Of a DNA stretch of 64,000 bases, positions 59,314 to 64,000 are shown piece after piece (position 1 is the first letter of the stretch; each line of letters opens with the position of its first letter). The translations under genes were made by a program, and so were the position numbers. Below the pieces are notes generated by a model. It searched no databases, had not been told where the DNA came from, and saw only the letters and a program-made list of their open reading frames with translations. The DNA is from an uncultured bacterium (lineage in GTDB: Bacteria; Hydrothermota; UBA3073; NMUJ01; CBEVQO01). Location: the NCBI GenBank assembly GCA_965552055.1, contig CBEVQO010000002.1, positions 103,229 through 167,228 of the forward strand. Reading direction: 5' to 3'.

Positions 59314-61452
59314 ATGAACATTTTAATACTCTTCATGGGTTTGAAATTACCGGTGAAAATCTATATCGATGATTATAGACAGATAAGAGAATTACAGAAA
59401 AAAGGTTTAATGATAGAAAATGTTATTTATAATTATGTTGAAACGCATCTTTCCAGAGAAGAAATAGAAAAATGGCGGGAAATGGGTTATAAAGTGGAAA
59501 TTACAAAAGAAGTTACTCCGAAAGCAGGTTATCATAGCTATCGGGAGATAGAAAGGAAGCTTCACTGGATTGCTTCAACTTATCCGGAAATCACCCACTT
59601 AATAAGTATAGGAAAATCAGTGGAAGGCAGGGATATCTGGGCGATAAAAATTTCGGATAATCCACAAAGTTGTGAATATGAACCGAAAGTGCGCTTCGCA
59701 GCTACTATTCACGGTGATGAACCACCCGGAACAGAAGTTTTACTCGCATTAATTGATACTCTTACAAAAAATTACGGAAAAAATGATAAAATCACAGAAC
59801 TTGTTAACACAAGGGAAATATGGATAATTCCTCTTGCGAATCCCGATGGTTATGTTAATCATTCGCGTTACAATGCAAACGGCGTCGATTTAAATAGAAA
59901 CTTCCCTGTACCAGATGGCAGTATAGGAGGTGATGGTACTTATGAACTTGAACCAGAAACTCAGGCATTAATAACTTTTCAGGATACCGCTAACCTCACA
60001 CTCGGATGTATGTTTCATACGGGTGCTCTCGTTGTGAATTACCAGTGGGATTATACCTATGATGTGCCACCGGACGATGTATTGATTGACAAAATAGCAA
60101 GGGAATATGCAAGAAGAAACCCTATGATTTATTACAGCACTTCCGTGCAAACCGCAGATAGTGGAGTGGTGAGAGGCGCTAGATGGTATATCGTAAAAGG
60201 TAGCCTCCAGGATTACAGCTATCACATAAATGGCTTTATAGATTTAACAATTGAAATTTCAGTTACAAAATGGCCCGATACCACTTTATTAAAACAAATA
60301 ATTAACGAAAACATAGAACCTCTTTTATTTTTTATCGAAAAGGCAGGAGATGGACTTTATGGGATAGTTTTTGATACAGTAAATATGTGTCCTGTTATGT
60401 GCGAAATCAAAGTTGAAAATTTACAATCTGTATATTCATGCGGAAATGGGTATTACAAAAAGTTGTTATTAACAGGAAATTACAATGTAAATTTCAGTTC
60501 ACCGGGATATTATCCTGCAAGCTTTGTAATCAATGCGAATTATGACTCTTCAACTAATTTGAATGTTAAACTTACTCCATACTATAAAGATGCCTTTTTA
60601 ATAGGCAAAGTTACGGACGCTTTCACAGGTGCACCTTTGCGATGCAAAGTAACAACAATTTATAGAGGAGAAACAACAAGCACATTAACGGATGACAATG
60701 GAAATTACATATTAAAATTCTGGGAAGGAATATGGGAAAAATTAATTTTTGAAGCTACAGGTTATGAGAAACTCTTCGAAAAATACTTTGCAGTAAAGGG
60801 GACTGTTTTCAAAAATGTAAGTTTAATTCCTTTCTTTTCGTTTTCCAGCGAAACAACAGAAACAATTCCCGATACAAAAGTTCTTAAATCAAGGATATTT
60901 ATTGCCGAAAGTTTAATGATAAAGGAAATGGAAGTATACTTACACATAAACCATCCTGATTTTTCTGAGCTCGTAATTTACATTGAATCACCTGAAGGTA
61001 AATTTGTAAAGCTCTGGGATATGAATTTTGCTACAGGAGATGTTGAAATGTGGTTCGAAAGGGATATTTCTGCAGATTCCGGCTCTTTAACATGGTATGA
61101 GAATACATGTGCAAAAGGTTACTGGACATTACACATTGAGGATAAAAAAGAAGGCAACACAGGAGTATTACTGGGATGGAAGATAAAAGTCATTCCATAT
61201 TGTATTGCTGAAAAAAAGATTGCTCAACATGAATTTAAGATTTACCCCAATCCGGGAAAGAGTTTCACAATTTATTCTTCATTTACCCCCTATCTCTTTG
61301 AAATTTACGATATTTGTGGAAGGAAAATTTATTCTACAATGGTCGATAACAATTTGCAAAATTTGAATTTATCTTTACCTGATGGTGTTTATTTTTTCAG
61401 GGCAAAGTATCCTTTGTGTGAATATTTTAAAAAGGTGGTGGTGATAAAATGA
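59314..61452 (+). CDS. M14 zinc carboxypeptidase with P-proprotein domain and T9SS-like tail
   Basis: IHGDE, NPDG, RYNANGVDLNRNF, FHTG, GSLQD; YPNP...IYDICGR...GVYF. Confidence 0.9.
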   Translation: MNILILFMGLKLPVKIYIDDYRQIRELQKKGLMIENVIYNYVETHLSREEIEKWREMGYKVEITKEVTPKAGYHSYREIERKLHWIASTYPEITHLISIGKSVEGRDIWAIKISDNPQSCEYEPKVRFAATIHGDEPPGTEVLLALIDTLTKNYGKNDKITELVNTREIWIIPLANPDGYVNHSRYNANGVDLNRNFPVPDGSIGGDGTYELEPETQALITFQDTANLTLGCMFHTGALVVNYQWDYTYDVPPDDVLIDKIAREYARRNPMIYYSTSVQTADSGVVRGARWYIVKGSLQDYSYHINGFIDLTIEISVTKWPDTTLLKQIINENIEPLLFFIEKAGDGLYGIVFDTVNMCPVMCEIKVENLQSVYSCGNGYYKKLLLTGNYNVNFSSPGYYPASFVINANYDSSTNLNVKLTPYYKDAFLIGKVTDAFTGAPLRCKVTTIYRGETTSTLTDDNGNYILKFWEGIWEKLIFEATGYEKLFEKYFAVKGTVFKNVSLIPFFSFSSETTETIPDTKVLKSRIFIAESLMIKEMEVYLHINHPDFSELVIYIESPEGKFVKLWDMNFATGDVEMWFERDISADSGSLTWYENTCAKGYWTLHIEDKKEGNTGVLLGWKIKVIPYCIAEKKIAQHEFKIYPNPGKSFTIYSSFTPYLFEIYDICGRKIYSTMVDNNLQNLNLSLPDGVYFFRAKYPLCEYFKKVVVIK

Positions 61453-61940
61453 TTGGTCTAATTCTTTTCATATTGAGTGAAGCCGCTCCCGCGGATTATC
61501 TTACCGCGATAAAGGAAGTGCTACCCAGTGCGAAGAAAGTTGGTATAATGTGTAACATGATGGCGAATGTAGATGCACTTCAGAAGATTGCACAGGCTGC
61601 GACACAACTCGGGCTCGCACCATTCGTGGGCAATGTAAAAGCTCTTGAAGATGTGCCAAAAGCTTTCGAAAGCTTATCGGCACAAAAAGTAGATGTAATA
61701 TGGGTATTCCCTGATGCAACATTAAAAGAAGCAGTAGCAAAAAAATTCATACTCGAAAAAGCTACGGCAGCGAAAATTCCTATAATAGGATATGATGTTG
61801 ATTTCGTAAAAGAAGGAGCATTCTTAACGGTTGTAAAAACAAACGAAGTTAAATATCATGTGAATATGGAAGTAGCAAAAAATCTGGGTATTACAATTCC
61901 GGATGCTGTAAAATCAAAAATAGTAGTAGAAAAGGAGTAG
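61449..61940 (+). CDS. YfiR/ABC_sub_bind-like periplasmic protein
   Basis: KKVGI, VDVIWVFPD, FVKEGA, VN...AKNLGITIP. Confidence 0.72.
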   Translation: MIGLILFILSEAAPADYLTAIKEVLPSAKKVGIMCNMMANVDALQKIAQAATQLGLAPFVGNVKALEDVPKAFESLSAQKVDVIWVFPDATLKEAVAKKFILEKATAAKIPIIGYDVDFVKEGAFLTVVKTNEVKYHVNMEVAKNLGITIPDAVKSKIVVEKE

Positions 61941-61942
61941 CC

Positions 61943-63748
61943 ATGTGGCGTAAAAGTTTAAAAATAAAATTACCGGTATTAATTGCAGGACCTGTTATCG
62001 TATTTTTCTTCCTGTTTATATCATATAGCATAAACTCGCTCAAAAAATCACTGAGAATGGAAACAGAAAGAAGAGCAAAAGCACTCTGCCTGAATCTAGC
62101 TAATACAATGAAATATCATCTCGAAAGTTACACGATTGCAAAAAAAGCAGGCCTACCAGCAGATACATCGACAATCAAAAATGCAATGATACCCTTTGTG
62201 ACAGGAGATATAATGTACGGAATAATTTATGATAAGAATCTCACTCCGATAGTACAAATTAATTCTCACTTACTGAAAAGCAAAGAATTGCCGGGCTTCT
62301 CATTCGAAGAAACTTATTTAAAAATAATTTCCCTAAAAAATAATGCAAAGGTTATGGATGTTGCAATGCCAGTAAGAACAGAGGGACTCGGATTAATAGG
62401 CTTTGTAAGATGCGGAATGGATCTTAAAGCATACTATGAGAATATAAGAAACAGAGTAAGAAATTCCATAACCATGGCAATTCTATTCTTGCTTTTAACA
62501 ATTATCACGATAATTATCGTGACAAAATTCTCCATCCTTAATCCGATATTTACATTAAAGAAAGCAGCTGAGAAAATTGAAAGAGGTGATATAGAAACAA
62601 AAGTAGAGATGAACCGCGAAGATGAACTCGGTACACTTGCGAACTCAATAAACGCAATGGTAGAATCTCTAAAAAGAGAAATGGAAGCTGCGAATAATGC
62701 TCGCAGGGAAGTAGAAGAGAATGCCCGCTATTTACAGGAAAGAATATCTGAATTTTTAAAAATAATAGAAAAGGCTGCTGAAGGTGACCTTACCGTAGTC
62801 GCACCTTTTCGCAACAGCAACGATATGCTAGATGAACTGGCAAAATCAACTAATGAAATGTTCTCCAATCTCTCGTCACTCATAGGAGAAGTTAGAAGTC
62901 TTGCAGAAGCCGTTGCTTCTTCATCCGAAGAAATCACTCAAATAACACAACAAATCGTAGAAGGTGCAAAACGCCAGGAAGCAGAGGCAGCCGAAGCCGC
63001 AGCATCAACAGAAGAGATGTCAGCAACAATACTTTCAACAGCACAAAATGCTTCAACAGCTCAAGAAGAAGCACAAAATTCTCTACAAAATGCAACCGAA
63101 GGCGGCGAAAAAGTAAAAGAAGTAATAGTGAAAATCAACAGCTTAAACGAAACCATAAAACTTGCAGCAGATAGAATAACGGCACTCGGTGAAAAAGCAG
63201 CGGAAATAGGAAGCATCATTGAAATGATCGAAGAAATAGCAGAACAAACAAACTTACTTGCACTGAATGCACAGATAGAAGCAGCAAGAGCAGGTGAATA
63301 CGGAAGGGGCTTCTCAGTAGTAGCGGATGAAATTCGCGGACTCGCAGACAGGTCAAGGAGAGCAACAAGTGAAATAAGCAACACTTTAAAAGCCATTCAG
63401 GCAGAAGTAGAAGAAGCAATTAGAGTTATGAAAGAATCAAGTATTGCATCAGAAGAAGCAACAAGGATTGCACAGGAAGCAGGCGAAGCACTCAGCAGAA
63501 TTGTGGAAGGCTCAAGAACCGTAACAAATACAATCACACAGATAGCAACAGCAGCAGAAGAAGAATCAGCAGCATCAGAAGAAATAGCAAACAAAGTAAG
63601 AGCAATCTCCGAAATAGCAAGACAGGGTGCATCAAGCGCAGAAGAAGTGGCAAAAGCTATGAGCGATTTATCACAGAGAGTTATAACACTCGAAAAAACA
63701 TTACTGAAATTCAAAATCCCAGAAGAAAAAGCAATAAGACCTGTATAA
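61943..63748 (+). CDS. Methyl-accepting chemotaxis-type receptor (2 TM, HAMP)
   Basis: [34 protein letters not shown]. Confidence 0.95.
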   Translation: MWRKSLKIKLPVLIAGPVIVFFFLFISYSINSLKKSLRMETERRAKALCLNLANTMKYHLESYTIAKKAGLPADTSTIKNAMIPFVTGDIMYGIIYDKNLTPIVQINSHLLKSKELPGFSFEETYLKIISLKNNAKVMDVAMPVRTEGLGLIGFVRCGMDLKAYYENIRNRVRNSITMAILFLLLTIITIIIVTKFSILNPIFTLKKAAEKIERGDIETKVEMNREDELGTLANSINAMVESLKREMEAANNARREVEENARYLQERISEFLKIIEKAAEGDLTVVAPFRNSNDMLDELAKSTNEMFSNLSSLIGEVRSLAEAVASSSEEITQITQQIVEGAKRQEAEAAEAAASTEEMSATILSTAQNASTAQEEAQNSLQNATEGGEKVKEVIVKINSLNETIKLAADRITALGEKAAEIGSIIEMIEEIAEQTNLLALNAQIEAARAGEYGRGFSVVADEIRGLADRSRRATSEISNTLKAIQAEVEEAIRVMKESSIASEEATRIAQEAGEALSRIVEGSRTVTNTITQIATAAEEESAASEEIANKVRAISEIARQGASSAEEVAKAMSDLSQRVITLEKTLLKFKIPEEKAIRPV

Positions 63749-64000
63749 TTATCTTAATTCCTTGTATTTCGCCATATCCGCTTTATAGCCCTCTATATCT
63801 CCCAGTTTTTTCCTTACCGCAGCGCGCCTGGCATAGGGCCGTGGGTCGTCCGGTTTTATTTCTATCCATTCACTCAATACTCTTTCGCGGGATTTTAAAT
63901 CACCGATTCTTTCATAAAGATAATCAAGATAATCAAGCACACCTATATCTTCCTTTTTAATCTCATGTGCTTTCTCGAGCTCTGCTATTGCTTCTTTTAT
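63749..64000 (-). CDS. TPR protein, 3' end only
   Basis: Frame is open from the window edge: IKEAIAELEKAHEIK...PDDPRPYARRAAVRKKLGD. Confidence 0.7.
   Translation of the reverse strand: MKEAIAELEKAHEIKKEDIGVLDYLDYLYERIGDLKSRERVLSEWIEIKPDDPRPYARRAAVRKKLGDIEGYKADMAKYKELR

Noticed and set aside
650-63714. Numerous short antisense ORFs in the track (e.g. 7775-8185, 29799-30374, 49296-49703, 58622-59044)
   Set aside because: Shadow frames opposite well-supported genes, Ser/Phe-rich as expected from Lys/Glu codons
1-64000. tRNA, rRNA or riboswitch (including a T-box before leuS or glyQ)
   Set aside because: No cloverleaf or rRNA-like segment seen; the leuS and glyQ promoters lie within about 10 nt of the start codons, leaving no leader

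Overview
AT-rich bacterial chromosome window. The TonB receptor, T9SS-like C-terminal sorting tails, glyQ and Lys/Glu-rich proteins suggest a thermophilic FCB-affiliated lineage such as WOR-3 (inference only). Three parts: (1) 1-3.5 kb housekeeping/repair genes (nth, TGS GTPase, larA, rmuC). (2) A ~27.5 kb all-minus-strand accessory island (3572-31108) with a CHAT-TPR protease, two soluble ECF-sigma/zf-HC2 anti-sigma pairs, two RecD2-like helicases (one broken by an internal deletion), a ClpX-like ATPase lacking its zinc domain, a GIY-YIG nuclease, an archaeal-type 8-oxoG glycosylase, a 1119-aa LRR protein with hypervariable repeat positions, an AAA ATPase and two MoxR-AAA/vWA-metallopeptidase pairs. 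No integrase is visible. (3) 31-64 kb core and signalling genes (mnmG, glyQ, sppA, three STAS proteins, leuS, FIST, two MCPs, alr, PP2C, YfiR-like proteins, TonB receptor, peptidases). Main non-coding observations read directly from the sequence: a TGTAAG-N16-GTAATAA motif recurring five times in island intergenic positions (candidate promoter of the island sigma factors); about a dozen housekeeping-type promoters with TTGACA-N15-TAnnnT spacing instead of the canonical 17, several apparently leaderless; and a dispersed element with conserved hairpin and G-rich ends around a variable, inverted-repeat-bounded core (34.1 and 46.1 kb). No rRNA, tRNA or CRISPR array was recognised. All annotations come from motif reading; no database searches were run.
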